Shown: positions 10,118 to 20,764 of the stretch, one piece after another | How positions within the stretch are numbered: position 1 is the stretch's first letter | How the letters are laid out: the number at the start of each line of letters is the position of its first letter | DNA from: Thermotogaceae bacterium | GTDB taxonomy: Bacteria > Thermotogota > Thermotogae > B21-G9 > HyVt-16 | Assembly: GCA_029981435.1 (NCBI GenBank) | Contig: JARRBB010000001.1 | Location: 1,691-65,690 of the forward strand | Length of the DNA stretch: 64,000 nucleotides | Direction: 5' to 3' | The notes under the pieces: generated by a model | Database searches by the model: none | Seen by the model: only the letters and a program-made list of their open reading frames with translations | Told to the model about the DNA's origin: nothing | Position numbers and translations under genes: made by a program

Positions 10118-11392
10118 ATGAGAAAAATGATTAGTTTTATATTTTTCAGTATCATAGTTACCGTTGCCCTATCGGCCAGCATAGTAATATATCAACAGGG
10201 TATTGCACTCATAAGCGATAAAGTTAACACAACCTCGAAGATTTTCAAAATACCTGTGAGCGAAAGATTTTTGGAAGGTTCATTCTTTGTTGAGCCTGTA
10301 GATGGAATATACAAAATCAATTATTACGAAGGTGAAGAGCCTACATTAAAAAAATACTATGAGGGTTACACTGGGAGCAAAATAAAATTCGTATTCGATG
10401 ATGGAACTATAAAAAATTGCTTAATATTATCAGCGGAACCTTTGATTTTAAAAGATGTCGATACAAAAGATGTTTATTTCAACCCGAATGGTTACCCTAT
10501 TTTCCCTAATGAACTTTACATGGATTCAAAAAACTATTTCGTGGTTGAAACTTACAAACCTTTCGATTCTTTGAGTTATTCATATTTGACCGAAGGAATG
10601 AGCTGGAATGCAAAATACTTCTTAACCATGAGCTCAGATAAAGAATTGGATTTTTCTGGCTATTTTAACATCTCAAATGATCTCGATATGGGATTTTTCA
10701 CCTACGATATTTATTTGCTTGCCGGTGAAATATACCGTCCTCAAGCTATGTATGAAGAGACAAGATTCATGAAAACAGCTTCTTTTGCACCGTCGGCAAT
10801 GAATATTGAACAACCTGTGGGACAGAAGACCGGCTACAGAGTTTACAGGATAGATATTTCTGATATACCTAAAAAGAGTAATATATCAGTTCCAATAATT
10901 CATCAGGAGATGTCCTATGAGAAAAAATTCGTATCGATGAATCCTGGTGAAGATTATTCACCAGTTAACATGGTTATTTCAATAACCAATGTACCAATCG
11001 ATTTACCTGCAGGTACGATCGAGATCTACGATCTGGTAAATGGTGTGAAGATATTGTCAGGTAGCTCAAGTATAAGGCAGATATCAAAGGGTGATGATCT
11101 TGAAATACCTTACGGTCAAACGACCGATATCCTTTGCAAAAAGGTTGTAAAATCAACCACAAGAGTTTCAAAAACTCTATACAGAGATGTTAGAGAAGTT
11201 TCACTCAAGAATCTTTCTGAAAGTGACGTAATAGTTGAAGTCCACGACTATGCTTCAAATATCAGAACTGTAGGTCTGGAAAATCAGAACGTAGAATTTA
11301 CACTCCCGAGTAAATCGGAGGTGAAGTTTGTTGTTAAAATCGCAGCAAGAGAAGAACAATCTTTCCAGTACACAATTGAATACGGTTATTGA
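10118..11392 (+). CDS. Membrane-anchored DUF4139-domain protein
   Basis: N-terminal transmembrane/signal segment. The central region SWNAKYFLTMSS...LDFSGYFNISNDLDMGFFTYDIYLLAGEI fits the DUF4139 consensus. Confidence 0.5.
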   Translation: MRKMISFIFFSIIVTVALSASIVIYQQGIALISDKVNTTSKIFKIPVSERFLEGSFFVEPVDGIYKINYYEGEEPTLKKYYEGYTGSKIKFVFDDGTIKNCLILSAEPLILKDVDTKDVYFNPNGYPIFPNELYMDSKNYFVVETYKPFDSLSYSYLTEGMSWNAKYFLTMSSDKELDFSGYFNISNDLDMGFFTYDIYLLAGEIYRPQAMYEETRFMKTASFAPSAMNIEQPVGQKTGYRVYRIDISDIPKKSNISVPIIHQEMSYEKKFVSMNPGEDYSPVNMVISITNVPIDLPAGTIEIYDLVNGVKILSGSSSIRQISKGDDLEIPYGQTTDILCKKVVKSTTRVSKTLYRDVREVSLKNLSESDVIVEVHDYASNIRTVGLENQNVEFTLPSKSEVKFVVKIAAREEQSFQYTIEYGY

Positions 11393-11405
11393 AGAGCTTA
11401 AAAGA

Positions 11406-11960
11406 TTGATTAATTTTCTGGTAACTGATTCACGAAAAGAACATGTATTTGGGGTTATGAAATTTTCGGACAGGCTTGCACAGAGGTTAAGTTTGAATAT
11501 TGAAAAGAGACAAAAGTTGTTTGTGGCAGCTTTAGCTCATGATCTTTTCAGGGATATAGAAGTTCACAAGATGATACAAATGGCAAAAGCTTATGGACTT
11601 GATATATCATCTACGGAAAATAAAAGACCGATTTTACTTCATTCGAAGATAGCTGCAGAATTTTTGAGAATACGTTTCAAGATCGATGATGAAGAAATCC
11701 TGGAAGCAATCAGATATCATACCAGTGGACACAAGTGCATGGGGCTGCTTTCAAAAATAATCTTCGTATCCGATTCTCTTGAAGAAACTCGTGTTTACGA
11801 AGGAGTTGAAAAATTGCGGAAAATGATTTTTGAAAATTTCGAAAAGGGATTCTTTGAGGTTTTGAAAAATAAGTTGAACTATGTTGTTAAAAATAATTTG
11901 ATTCTTTTAGAAGATTCTGTGGAACTCTGGAATGAATTGATATTGAAAGGAGTGAAATGA
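11406..11960 (+). CDS. yqeK: HD-domain phosphohydrolase, YqeK-like (bis(5'-nucleosyl)-tetraphosphatase family)
   Basis: Motifs LAHDLFRDI, LLHSKIAAEFL, RYHTSGH. The track ORF begins at 11328, which overlaps the upstream gene. I moved the start to in-frame TTG 11406; ATG 11457 is the alternative. Start uncertain. Confidence 0.6.
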   Translation: MINFLVTDSRKEHVFGVMKFSDRLAQRLSLNIEKRQKLFVAALAHDLFRDIEVHKMIQMAKAYGLDISSTENKRPILLHSKIAAEFLRIRFKIDDEEILEAIRYHTSGHKCMGLLSKIIFVSDSLEETRVYEGVEKLRKMIFENFEKGFFEVLKNKLNYVVKNNLILLEDSVELWNELILKGVK

Positions 11961-12664
11961 TTTTGAAAGCCAGAAGAACTCAAAGAAGCAGAAAACCTGT
12001 ATTAATAGTTCTTGTGATCCTAATAATTGTTTTAATAGTTGGAGGTGCTGGCTGGTATATATACACCAGAACGTATGGGAACGAACTCATGAAACTTCAA
12101 ACGGTTGATTATTTGTTTGCTACAAAAAATGGTGGAACCGATGGGAAGATTGTTTTTATAAGGACAATGAAAGATAAAAAAATAGCATATGTAGTTGAAC
12201 TTCCAGAATACCCATTTTATGGAGATGAAAACATAGGTTTTGATTCGAATGATTTATCTCTCGGGCTGCAGATAACAAAGCAAATGTTTTCATTAACTAC
12301 ACCAAACGATAGCTATTTTATGGTTTTAAATGATCAGAATATTGACTATATGATCAACGAATTGAATATTTCACTCGAAGAAAAGGACTTAATTTCTCTG
12401 TTAAAAGCTCTTTCAAAGAAGAAGTTTGGTATATTTGATTTTTTGAAAATACAAAATCTCGCACGGGAACTAAAATTGAACGGTAATATGAATTACGACT
12501 CTTTTTACAGACTTTTGAGTTTTTTGAGCAATAATGCGGTTATGTTCGATGAAGTAAAAGGAATAACAAAATCACCTGTGAAAATAAAGGTTGGTGATAG
12601 AGAATACAACAGAATATATCTGTCACCTGATGATGTGAAAAGGGTACAGGAGGTACTCCGTTGA
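11957..12664 (+). CDS. Single-pass membrane protein, function unknown
   Basis: 235-aa ORF. Basic N-terminus, then a hydrophobic helix (VLIVLVILIIVLIVGGAGWYIY). Overlaps the LCP gene start by 4 nt. No recognisable motif. Confidence 0.45.
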   Translation: MILKARRTQRSRKPVLIVLVILIIVLIVGGAGWYIYTRTYGNELMKLQTVDYLFATKNGGTDGKIVFIRTMKDKKIAYVVELPEYPFYGDENIGFDSNDLSLGLQITKQMFSLTTPNDSYFMVLNDQNIDYMINELNISLEEKDLISLLKALSKKKFGIFDFLKIQNLARELKLNGNMNYDSFYRLLSFLSNNAVMFDEVKGITKSPVKIKVGDREYNRIYLSPDDVKRVQEVLR

Positions 12665-13902
12665 TATCGAAGGCACTTAATGCTACCATCGGAGTTTTTG
12701 CAGTATTCATAGGGTTAATAATGGTACTTTTCTTTCCATACCCGGTTTTTCAAATCATTAAGAGCCTCTTCAGTTCCTCACTTCCAGCCGATACAATGTA
12801 CGTGCTTGTCCTTGGAAAAGATGATGCCAATGAAGCCGGAAGTGACAGAACTGATTTTATAGGAGTGCTCGGATTGAACACAAAAACAAAGGAAGTTTTT
12901 CTTTTATCCATACCACGCGATCTAAGGGTAGATTATGTGGTAAAAAAATTTGAAACAAGAGTTGAGAAAATAAACGCTATTTACAAAACTTATGGATTAA
13001 CGGATCTTGAAAACATAATCGGTGAGTTGTTAGGAATACCAATTCACAGATACGTTATATTGGATTACAATGCATTCAAAATACTCGGAGATGAGTTGGG
13101 ACCTATAAAGATATTTGTAAAAGAACCAATGCATTACGATGATTACCAGCAGAATCTTCATATACATTTTGATCCTGGTATGGTAGAAATGGATGGGCAG
13201 AAATTATTGGAGTATGTACGGTTCAGATATGATAAGATGGGCGATCTTGGCAGGATAGAAAGACAGCATCAAGTCTTGAAAGCCGTTATGGAAAGCGCTC
13301 GAGCTAAACTCAATCTTTTTAAGACTGCCGCGATATTCACCAAGTTACTCAAGGAAGACTTGGAGACCAATCTTGATTTAGCAGAAGTTATAGCGTTGTA
13401 TTTGAAATTCAAGGAACTTTCAAATTTGAGCTTGATAACTCTCCCAACTATGTTAACACGCAGCGCTGATCTTGTTGTAGATCAGGAGAAACTCAATGAT
13501 TTGAAAAATAATATCAGAACATTTAAATTTTCGATTGATACAAGCAGACCTAAAGTTGTGTTTATAAACAACAGTACCGGGAATAGATATGATTTTGAGA
13601 GGAAAATAAACAAACTTGTCGAGAATACCGAAAATCTGAAATATGATTATTTCTTTGTAAACTTGAAAGAAAGTGAGACTTATTTCAAGAAGAATGAGAA
13701 TTATGTTTTGATACTTTCAGAGGATATGAACAAAATCCAAAAAGCGCAAAATATCCTTGATAGATTGAATTTAAAAGATGAAAACAAATTCAGGCCAACT
13801 ATCTCTAAGGGCCTTGATGCTTATTATTCTTTAATATACGAACTTTCAAGCTCGAGAATATATATTCAAGACGCTGATTTACTTGTGCTCATTGGTTCAT
13901 AG
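12661..13902 (+). CDS. LytR-CpsA-Psr (LCP) family cell-envelope polymer transferase
   Basis: N-terminal membrane anchor plus LCP-domain motifs (SDRTDFIGVLGLNTKT...PRDL, GQKLLEYVRFRYD...GDLGRIERQ). TTG start after RBS GGAGGT. Confidence 0.8.
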   Translation: MISKALNATIGVFAVFIGLIMVLFFPYPVFQIIKSLFSSSLPADTMYVLVLGKDDANEAGSDRTDFIGVLGLNTKTKEVFLLSIPRDLRVDYVVKKFETRVEKINAIYKTYGLTDLENIIGELLGIPIHRYVILDYNAFKILGDELGPIKIFVKEPMHYDDYQQNLHIHFDPGMVEMDGQKLLEYVRFRYDKMGDLGRIERQHQVLKAVMESARAKLNLFKTAAIFTKLLKEDLETNLDLAEVIALYLKFKELSNLSLITLPTMLTRSADLVVDQEKLNDLKNNIRTFKFSIDTSRPKVVFINNSTGNRYDFERKINKLVENTENLKYDYFFVNLKESETYFKKNENYVLILSEDMNKIQKAQNILDRLNLKDENKFRPTISKGLDAYYSLIYELSSSRIYIQDADLLVLIGS

Positions 13903-14380
13903 AGTTTGAAAGTTCTTTTGCTTTAAAGGCAGCTTCTAATACAAAGTCGATGAAATTGTCTAACCCTGCCTTTTTTTCAATCCCAACAGGATCTAACAAA
14001 ACAACAATGCCTCTTGAAGGTGTCTGAACGATGGTATAAGGTTCAAGCCCCAACAAACCTATTATCATCATATGGAATCTTTCTTTTGAAAGCTCCAATT
14101 CTGTTTGCCTTTTAGATATTTCTTTGACTGCTTCTTGCTTTAATTGCGGAAAATCGCATTTCAGTTTTTGATAAAGCCTATCCAGAAAAGGTCTGGTGAG
14201 GCGATTGAGAGCTTCTAATATCTTCTCATCACTTGTTAAACCATGTCTTTTTTCATATAAAGGAACAACCACAGGAAATTTCTTTGTACGATATTCTTTC
14301 CAAAAATCAAGCCATTCTAATTTATCGTATCGTAGTATTTCAAAAAAATGTTCGCTTCTTTCCAAAAGAATGCTCCTCAA
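13889..14380 (-). CDS. Hypothetical protein, 163 aa
   Basis: Clean ORF 10 nt downstream of the decarboxylase gene on the same strand. No motif I can recognise. Confidence 0.4.
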   Translation of the reverse strand: MRSILLERSEHFFEILRYDKLEWLDFWKEYRTKKFPVVVPLYEKRHGLTSDEKILEALNRLTRPFLDRLYQKLKCDFPQLKQEAVKEISKRQTELELSKERFHMMIIGLLGLEPYTIVQTPSRGIVVLLDPVGIEKKAGLDNFIDFVLEAAFKAKELSNSMNQ

Positions 14381-14390
14381 AAAATCACCC

Positions 14391-15563
14391 CTAAAATGCG
14401 GAATTTGCTTCTGAATTTATTTCAGCTTCTTCTAATTCTATATCTTGAACAAAATAGATAGATGGTCCGTATATTCCATTGAAATTCGTTACATACTCTG
14501 TCGTGTAGGCACCTGTGTTCAATATATAAACTCTGTCGTTTAGTGCTATATCCTCTGGCAACTCAACTTCTTCATACATTATATCAATACTATCACAAGT
14601 CGGGCCTGCCAGTTTGAAGGTTTTCATTTTGCTTTTTTCTTTTCCATCGACGATTATTTTGTATCTTATGCCTCCCATAGCTTCGGTTAATCCATGGAAT
14701 ATCCCAACGTCAAGATACACCCATTCGCCATCAGTTTTTTTACTTCTTAAAAGTACTGAGGAACCCATTAAACCTATGTTACCTACCATCGAGCGGCCCG
14801 GTTCTATTATAACTTTCAAATCGTCTACAAAATAAAAGTACTCTTCTATTGAGTCTTTTATAACGTCAGATATTTCTTCAACAGTTGGAATGGGTTTATC
14901 GTATACAACAGGCATTCCACCACCCAGATTTATTAAATTCATATTGATTCCATCGTTTAATTTAAGTTCTTTGAATATGTTTGACACTTCTTTTAAAGCT
15001 TCACGCCATTTGAATTTGTTGTTACATTGACTGCCAACATGAAAACTGATTCCGTAAGGAATCAAACCGAGTGTTTTTGCGTATACAGCAAGAAACTTTA
15101 TATGTTCAGAAGTGGTACCGAATTTTCTTGAAAGGGGCCAATCGCTGTCACTGGAATCAATTATCAATCTGAAATACACTTTGCTTCCTGGAGCATTGAG
15201 TGCGATTTTTTCAAGTTCCATTTCTGTATCGACAGCGTAGTAATCTATTCCAAAAGAATATGCAAACTTTATATCTTTTTCCTTTTTTATTGTGTTCCCA
15301 AAACTCATTTTTTCAGGCGCAACACCTAATTTTAAAAGTTTCTCTATCTCACCTGCTGAAGCCACATCGAAGTTTGAACCAAGCTCTTTTAATGTGTTAA
15401 TTATTCGTGGGTGTGAGTTGGCTTTTACCGCATAAAATATTTCTGCAAACGGCAGGCTATTTTTGAGACGGATGTAGTTTTCTTTCAAAATTTCAAGATC
15501 GAACAGGACAAAAGGAGTTTGCAAATTCCTGGACAAATCTATTAATTTTTTCATTCTCTCCAT
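14391..15563 (-). CDS. PLP-dependent ornithine/lysine/arginine decarboxylase (alanine-racemase fold, eukaryotic ODC-like)
   Basis: Motifs FYAVKAN, FHVGSQC, EPGRSMVG, GPTCDSID. I moved the start to ATG 15563 (MERMKKL) behind RBS GGAGGGAG. The track ORF starts 11 codons further upstream. Confidence 0.75.
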   Translation of the reverse strand: MERMKKLIDLSRNLQTPFVLFDLEILKENYIRLKNSLPFAEIFYAVKANSHPRIINTLKELGSNFDVASAGEIEKLLKLGVAPEKMSFGNTIKKEKDIKFAYSFGIDYYAVDTEMELEKIALNAPGSKVYFRLIIDSSDSDWPLSRKFGTTSEHIKFLAVYAKTLGLIPYGISFHVGSQCNNKFKWREALKEVSNIFKELKLNDGINMNLINLGGGMPVVYDKPIPTVEEISDVIKDSIEEYFYFVDDLKVIIEPGRSMVGNIGLMGSSVLLRSKKTDGEWVYLDVGIFHGLTEAMGGIRYKIIVDGKEKSKMKTFKLAGPTCDSIDIMYEEVELPEDIALNDRVYILNTGAYTTEYVTNFNGIYGPSIYFVQDIELEEAEINSEANSAF

Positions 15564-15745
15564 TTTTCTCCCTCCTGAAGGGTTTACTTTAAACATGCAA
15601 AAGTATAAACACTTTTGTTATACAAATCAATTCTGATTTGTTTCCAATTTTTTTAAAAAATCATTTCCATAAATACACCTGAAATTCAAGCTGTCGATAT
15701 GCTAAAATCAGATTTGGGCTAAAAATTTAAGGAGGTATATTCTGA

Positions 15746-16807
15746 ATGAAAATTTTCGGAATAGAATTTTCAAAGAAGGATATTCTTGAAAGAGTTGGGG
15801 ATATTTCTCAGCTTTGTGATGCGACTCTTTATTCGCTTGAAGATGGTAAAGGTAGAGGATTGAGGGCAGTAACGGTGAGAAATAGTGTCTTGAATTACAC
15901 AATTCTGGTTGATAGAGGAATGGACATATTCACAATCGATTATAAAGGAATCCCTGTATCATATGTTTCAAAGACCGGGATCACTTCACCTGCTTATTAT
16001 GAAAGTCGTGGTTACGAATGGTTAAGAACATTTTATGGCGGTGCCCTTCTTACATGTGGTCTCACCCATGTTGGAGTTCCTGAAGGAGAAAGAGGGTTGC
16101 ATGGAAGAATTTCAAATTCACATTGTGAAGACCTTTCTATAAGCAAATACTGGAGATCGGATAAATATGTGGTTGAAGTGAGTGGAACTGTGAGAGAAGC
16201 TGTAGTATTTGGTGAACATCTGAAAATGCGAAGAAAAATAATTACTGAACTTGGTGCAAGTTGGATAAAAGTTGAAACGGAAATTGAGAACTGTTCATTT
16301 GAAAGAACTCCTCTCATGGTTCTATACCACATGAACTTCGGGTTCCCAGTTTTAACAGCTAATTCAGAACTTGTTGCACCATTTGAGGAAAGTGTTCCGA
16401 GAGACGAAGAAGCGCAGAAAGACGGTAAAAATTTTGTGAAGTTCCAAGATCCCACTCCTGGATATAAAGAAAGGGTTTTCTTCCATAAATTGAAACATGT
16501 TGAGGATTCAAAAACTTTTGTTGCGGTTGTGAACAAAAACTTCGAAAATAAAATTTTAGGTGTATTAATGAAGTGGGATTTGGAGCAGATGCCGTATCTG
16601 ACCGAATGGAAGATGATGGGACAAAGTGATTACGTACTTGGAATTGAACCTGGTAACTGTTACCCAGTTGGAAGACATGGAGCTGAAAGAAGAGGAGAGT
16701 TACAGTATATAGAACCTCTTGAAACTCAAAGGTTTGACATTGAAATATCGGTTTTTGATGATTTCGAGAAATATCTTGAATTAAAAAATTGCACAGAGGT
16801 TGAATGA
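15746..16807 (+). CDS. Putative aldose-1-epimerase-like (DUF4432-type) protein
   Basis: 353 aa, strong RBS AAGGAGGT. The family assignment is from weak pattern memory (HMNFGFPVL). Confidence 0.35.
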   Translation: MKIFGIEFSKKDILERVGDISQLCDATLYSLEDGKGRGLRAVTVRNSVLNYTILVDRGMDIFTIDYKGIPVSYVSKTGITSPAYYESRGYEWLRTFYGGALLTCGLTHVGVPEGERGLHGRISNSHCEDLSISKYWRSDKYVVEVSGTVREAVVFGEHLKMRRKIITELGASWIKVETEIENCSFERTPLMVLYHMNFGFPVLTANSELVAPFEESVPRDEEAQKDGKNFVKFQDPTPGYKERVFFHKLKHVEDSKTFVAVVNKNFENKILGVLMKWDLEQMPYLTEWKMMGQSDYVLGIEPGNCYPVGRHGAERRGELQYIEPLETQRFDIEISVFDDFEKYLELKNCTEVE

Positions 16808-17999
16808 ATTGATAAAGAAAGCATTTTTATTTTTACTTTTTGGACTTACTTTTTACTCCATCTCTTTCTGTATTTCAAAAACAGTACAGAAAGTGATCGT
16901 TTATTATCATAACACTGTGAATATTGAAAAAAGTCTAGAATTATCAAACGGCATTTCAGATGAGAATCTTTCTTCACTTGTCAAAGCATATTTATTTCTG
17001 GCAGATTCAGTTGAAAAATTCTACGGTAAGAGTGAAAGTTATATTGAAAAACTAATAAAATATGCTGACGAGGAAAATATGGATTTGTACGAAGTGGTGA
17101 AACTTCTTAAAATCTGGCGGTTTGATTCAATAACCAAGCTCGATGGAAAGTTCGAAGAGCTTCTTTTGAAATTTCCTGATTCATTGATCGTTGTTTTAGA
17201 AGCAATGCGTTTCCATCATTACAATTATACTCATTATTTCTACGAGTCTTCTTACAAGACTTTAGAGAGACTTTTTAATATTGCCACAAGACTTGATCCG
17301 GGAGTTTCGTCGCCGTACATATGGATTATAAACGCAAAGAAGATAAAAGAAGAAGATGTGGAACCCTTTATAAGTGAAGCGATAAAAAATGCCGATTGTA
17401 AGGTATTAAGAAGATTCCTTGCCACATTTTATTTCGAAAAGGGTGATTATGAAAAAGCGGTAGAAAATTCGAAAGTGGTTCCTGATTTTGAAAAGGATTC
17501 TGAGATTCTTTACATAATAGGTATTTCTTTATGGAAACTTCAAAAATTCGAAGAGGCGCTGACTTTTTTGGAAATGTTGATTGATAATGAAGATTTTGAG
17601 AAACTTTACTTTAAAAAACAGGCACAGGTATACAGAGCTGCTGGTGATATTTACGAAAAACGTGAAGATATCAAAACAGCCGTAGAATATTACAAGAAGG
17701 CTGTTAAAAAAGATTCCAACGATTCGGAAACTTTTAAAGCGCTCGGAATGGCTTACTTGAAAACATCGGATCCAGATAAAGAAATTTACGCACGGTATTA
17801 TCTAAATCTGGCGCTGAAGATATCACCTAACTTGTCAGATGCTGAAAAGGTTCTGAAAGAAATAAACAAAAAATTTGTCAGGGTAGCTTTCTTGAAATAC
17901 ATGTTTCCGGTGTTGATGATAGTGATTATTCTATTAGTTTTGCTTGAATTCTCAATAAAATTGAAAAAGAAAAAAGATATGAGGAGATTGATGAAATGA
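16800..17999 (+). CDS. TPR-repeat protein with N-terminal and C-terminal hydrophobic segments
   Basis: TPR-like motifs (GDYEKAVENSK, AGDIYEKREDIKTAVEYYKKAVKKD). C-terminal helix FPVLMIVIILLVLLEF followed by KKKK. Confidence 0.6.
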   Translation: MNELIKKAFLFLLFGLTFYSISFCISKTVQKVIVYYHNTVNIEKSLELSNGISDENLSSLVKAYLFLADSVEKFYGKSESYIEKLIKYADEENMDLYEVVKLLKIWRFDSITKLDGKFEELLLKFPDSLIVVLEAMRFHHYNYTHYFYESSYKTLERLFNIATRLDPGVSSPYIWIINAKKIKEEDVEPFISEAIKNADCKVLRRFLATFYFEKGDYEKAVENSKVVPDFEKDSEILYIIGISLWKLQKFEEALTFLEMLIDNEDFEKLYFKKQAQVYRAAGDIYEKREDIKTAVEYYKKAVKKDSNDSETFKALGMAYLKTSDPDKEIYARYYLNLALKISPNLSDAEKVLKEINKKFVRVAFLKYMFPVLMIVIILLVLLEFSIKLKKKKDMRRLMK

Positions 18000-18766
18000 T
18001 GAAAGATGTTCAGAATGAGAAGGATTACAGAAACATTCCGATAAATAGAGTTGGAGTAGAAGGGGTTCACTATCCAATAATTGTAATGGATAAAAGCAAA
18101 AGAAATCAAAGAACCATTGGTAAGATAACGATGTCGGTAGATCTTCCAAAAGATTTTCGTGGTACTCATATGAGCAGATTTATAGAAGTTTTGAATAAAC
18201 ATAAAAATAAGATAAATCCTCATAACATTGAAAACATGCTCGAAGATATTAGAATAGCTTTGAACGCTCAAAATGCACATATAGATGTTGAGTTTCCTTA
18301 TTTTCTTGAAAAGAGTTCACCTGTTTCGAAGATAAAAAGCTATATGAAGTACAATTGTAGATTTTCAGCAAGTAAAACAGCGGAAAAATTTGACTTTGTG
18401 ATAAGAGTCGAAGTACCTGTTCAGACCGTTTGCCCCTGCTCACTTGAAATAAGCGAATTCGGTGCTCACAATCAGAGAGCGCTTGTTAAAATAAGTGTTC
18501 GAATGAAAAATCTGGTCTGGATTGAGGAACTTATAGAAATAGCAGAAAAAGCAGCAAGTTCCCCAGTTTTCACATTGCTAAAAAGGGAGGATGAAAAATA
18601 TGTCACCGAGAATTCTTTCAAGAATCCCCGGTTTGTCGAAGACGTAGCAAGAGAGGTGGTTAAAGAACTCAAAGACAATGAGAAAATAACCTGGTACAGG
18701 GTCGAAGTTTTAAGTTACGAGTCTATTCATAATCACAACGCATTTGCATGTATAGAATCGTCATAG
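17996..18766 (+). CDS. folE2: GTP cyclohydrolase FolE2/MptA (GCYH-IB)
   Basis: RGTHMSRF and [10 protein letters not shown] signatures of the DUF198/FolE2 family. Start overlaps the TPR gene stop. Confidence 0.8.
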   Translation: MMKDVQNEKDYRNIPINRVGVEGVHYPIIVMDKSKRNQRTIGKITMSVDLPKDFRGTHMSRFIEVLNKHKNKINPHNIENMLEDIRIALNAQNAHIDVEFPYFLEKSSPVSKIKSYMKYNCRFSASKTAEKFDFVIRVEVPVQTVCPCSLEISEFGAHNQRALVKISVRMKNLVWIEELIEIAEKAASSPVFTLLKREDEKYVTENSFKNPRFVEDVAREVVKELKDNEKITWYRVEVLSYESIHNHNAFACIESS

Positions 18767-19339
18767 AGTATTTTTGTTTCTACTACCTGGTTTTACAACA
18801 GGTATATTTTTTTCACATAGAGGGCATGAATCCGGTTCATAAATAGGAAAGTTCAGTGAGATCAAGTATTCAAAGGGAACACCAAAATCTGCTTTTCCAC
18901 CACTTCTGTCGATTATTGAACCAACGCAAACAACTTCACCACCTAATTCTTTTACAAGTTCAATGACTTCTTTTGATGAACCACCAGTGGTTACCACATC
19001 TTCTACAACTGCTATTTTTTCTCCAGCATTTATTGAAAAGCCACGTCTGAGTTTCATTATTCCATTTTCCCTTTCACTGAACATGTTTCTCACACCAAGA
19101 GTTTTCCCAACTACATAAGATATAATAATTCCTCCCATAGCTGGTCCAATAATCACATCTGGTTTGTATTTTTCAATAAGTTTTGCAAGTTCTTCACCAA
19201 TTTTCTCACCGTACTTGGGATATTCGAATATTTTCGCACACTGAACATAGTTTGGAGAATGTTTTCCAGAAGAGAGCAAAAAATGTCCAGATAAAAGAGC
19301 ATGGCTTTTTTCAAGTATTTCCATAATATCTGTGTTCAT
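18761..19339 (-). CDS. pyrE: Orotate phosphoribosyltransferase
   Basis: PRPP-binding motif [13 protein letters not shown]. Last gene of the pyr operon. Has a C-terminal CPLC motif. Confidence 0.85.
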   Translation of the reverse strand: MNTDIMEILEKSHALLSGHFLLSSGKHSPNYVQCAKIFEYPKYGEKIGEELAKLIEKYKPDVIIGPAMGGIIISYVVGKTLGVRNMFSERENGIMKLRRGFSINAGEKIAVVEDVVTTGGSSKEVIELVKELGGEVVCVGSIIDRSGGKADFGVPFEYLISLNFPIYEPDSCPLCEKNIPVVKPGSRNKNTL

Positions 19340-19944
19340 ACTAACATCTCCTTTATTTTTTGAATTTTTTTCGTAGGCTCATCGGAGAGATATACTTCTC
19401 TGCCGATAACGGCAAAATCATCGAGTTCTTTTATTTTATCAAGAGTTATAACATCTATCTGATCTCCAACAGGCACTTCCATTCTTATTCCGGGAATTAA
19501 AAATTTTCCTTTCAGTTTTTCTCGCAGTCTTATTGCCCAAGGACCTGGCAATACGAAATTTGAACCAATGCTATCCAGACTCATTATTAAGTCTATATAG
19601 TCTTCGAGTTCGCCTTTTATGGAAGTAAGTTTTATAACAGAAAATATCAGTTTGTCTGTGCTTTCAAGAGCAGCTCTGATACTTTCAATTCCTGCTGCTG
19701 AATGAACTGTGAACCCTATTATTGCTTCACAATCCCAACTTTTTATTGATCTTGATACTGTTGAAGGAATATCGCAGAACTTCAAATCGAGTATCACTTT
19801 CAATCCCATATTGTCGAATTCTTTCAGAATTTCTTTGCCTTCTGTGATAAGATTGTGACCAACTTTCACGAATTCAAAAGAACCATATTTTTTTACAAAT
19901 TCCAGAGGTTCACTCATGTCAAGACTCAAAACGGGTTTAATCAT
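19336..19944 (-). CDS. pyrF: Orotidine-5'-phosphate decarboxylase
   Basis: Motifs VKVG...DLKFCDIP. I moved the start to ATG 19944 (MIKPVLSLD) behind RBS GGAGGTGG, overlapping the pyrD stop. Confidence 0.8.
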   Translation of the reverse strand: MIKPVLSLDMSEPLEFVKKYGSFEFVKVGHNLITEGKEILKEFDNMGLKVILDLKFCDIPSTVSRSIKSWDCEAIIGFTVHSAAGIESIRAALESTDKLIFSVIKLTSIKGELEDYIDLIMSLDSIGSNFVLPGPWAIRLREKLKGKFLIPGIRMEVPVGDQIDVITLDKIKELDDFAVIGREVYLSDEPTKKIQKIKEMLV

Positions 19945-20764
19945 TACTTCTTTCCACCTCCATAAGTTTCTTACCAATTTCTTCAACAATTTCGGGAGAT
20001 TTGAACAAAGCACTTCCAATACCTATGGCACTTGCACCTACTTTCATAAATTCTTCCGCATCATTAGAATTGTATATGCCTCCACTGGCTATGATAAAAA
20101 TATCTGAGAATCTTTTCCTAACTTCGTAAACAGCTCTCAAAGCAATCGGTTTCAATAAAGGCCCTGACAATCCACCAAGGATTATTTTTCCATTCTCAAA
20201 ATGAAGCCCCCTAACTGTGTTTATAAGTGTGATACCATTCCAATCGTTGTTCACCAGAATATCTGCTGCATTTTCAACGAATATTCCTTCTATCCCAAGT
20301 TTTGCTATCAAAAAACTATCTGGAAGTATTTTCCTTACGGTTTTAATTATCTTTTCCCAGCTTTGCAAGTCACCGACGATGCTTAAACCACCTTTTTCTA
20401 CGTTGGGACATGAAAAATTAAACTCGATAGCATCGAATTCTTTGGAATACGGTTTTATCGTCTCAGCTATTTTTAAGTATTCTTCCACAGTGTCTCCGCC
20501 AAGACTCAGTATTATTTTGGATTTCAAATTCTTGAAAGTATCCAGCATTTCAAGAAATTTCAATACTCCAGGATTTTCAAGACCAATTCTGTTTATGATA
20601 TAGTTGTTGCCTTCTGCCATTCTTGAAGGTTTGTTCCCTTCTTTTGGATTCAATGTGATGGTTTTTAGAGTCAAAGCTCCTATGAAACTTTTATCTATCA
20701 ACTCAAGCCATTCACCAAAACCTGCTGGACCTGATAAAAGTACCAAAGGAGGTTTTACCAGCAT
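19937..20764 (-). CDS. pyrD: Dihydroorotate dehydrogenase, catalytic subunit (class 1B)
   Basis: Motifs NFSCPNV, IASGGI, and a TIM-barrel DHOD pattern. Confidence 0.85.
   Translation of the reverse strand: MLVKPPLVLLSGPAGFGEWLELIDKSFIGALTLKTITLNPKEGNKPSRMAEGNNYIINRIGLENPGVLKFLEMLDTFKNLKSKIILSLGGDTVEEYLKIAETIKPYSKEFDAIEFNFSCPNVEKGGLSIVGDLQSWEKIIKTVRKILPDSFLIAKLGIEGIFVENAADILVNNDWNGITLINTVRGLHFENGKIILGGLSGPLLKPIALRAVYEVRKRFSDIFIIASGGIYNSNDAEEFMKVGASAIGIGSALFKSPEIVEEIGKKLMEVERSND

Noticed and set aside
11328-11405. 78-nt upstream extension of the yqeK-like ORF overlapping the DUF4139 gene
   Set aside because: It would create a 65-nt out-of-frame overlap with the preceding gene. In-frame TTG (11406) or ATG (11457) starts fit the usual YqeK length better. 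Kept as uncertain rather than asserting the long form.
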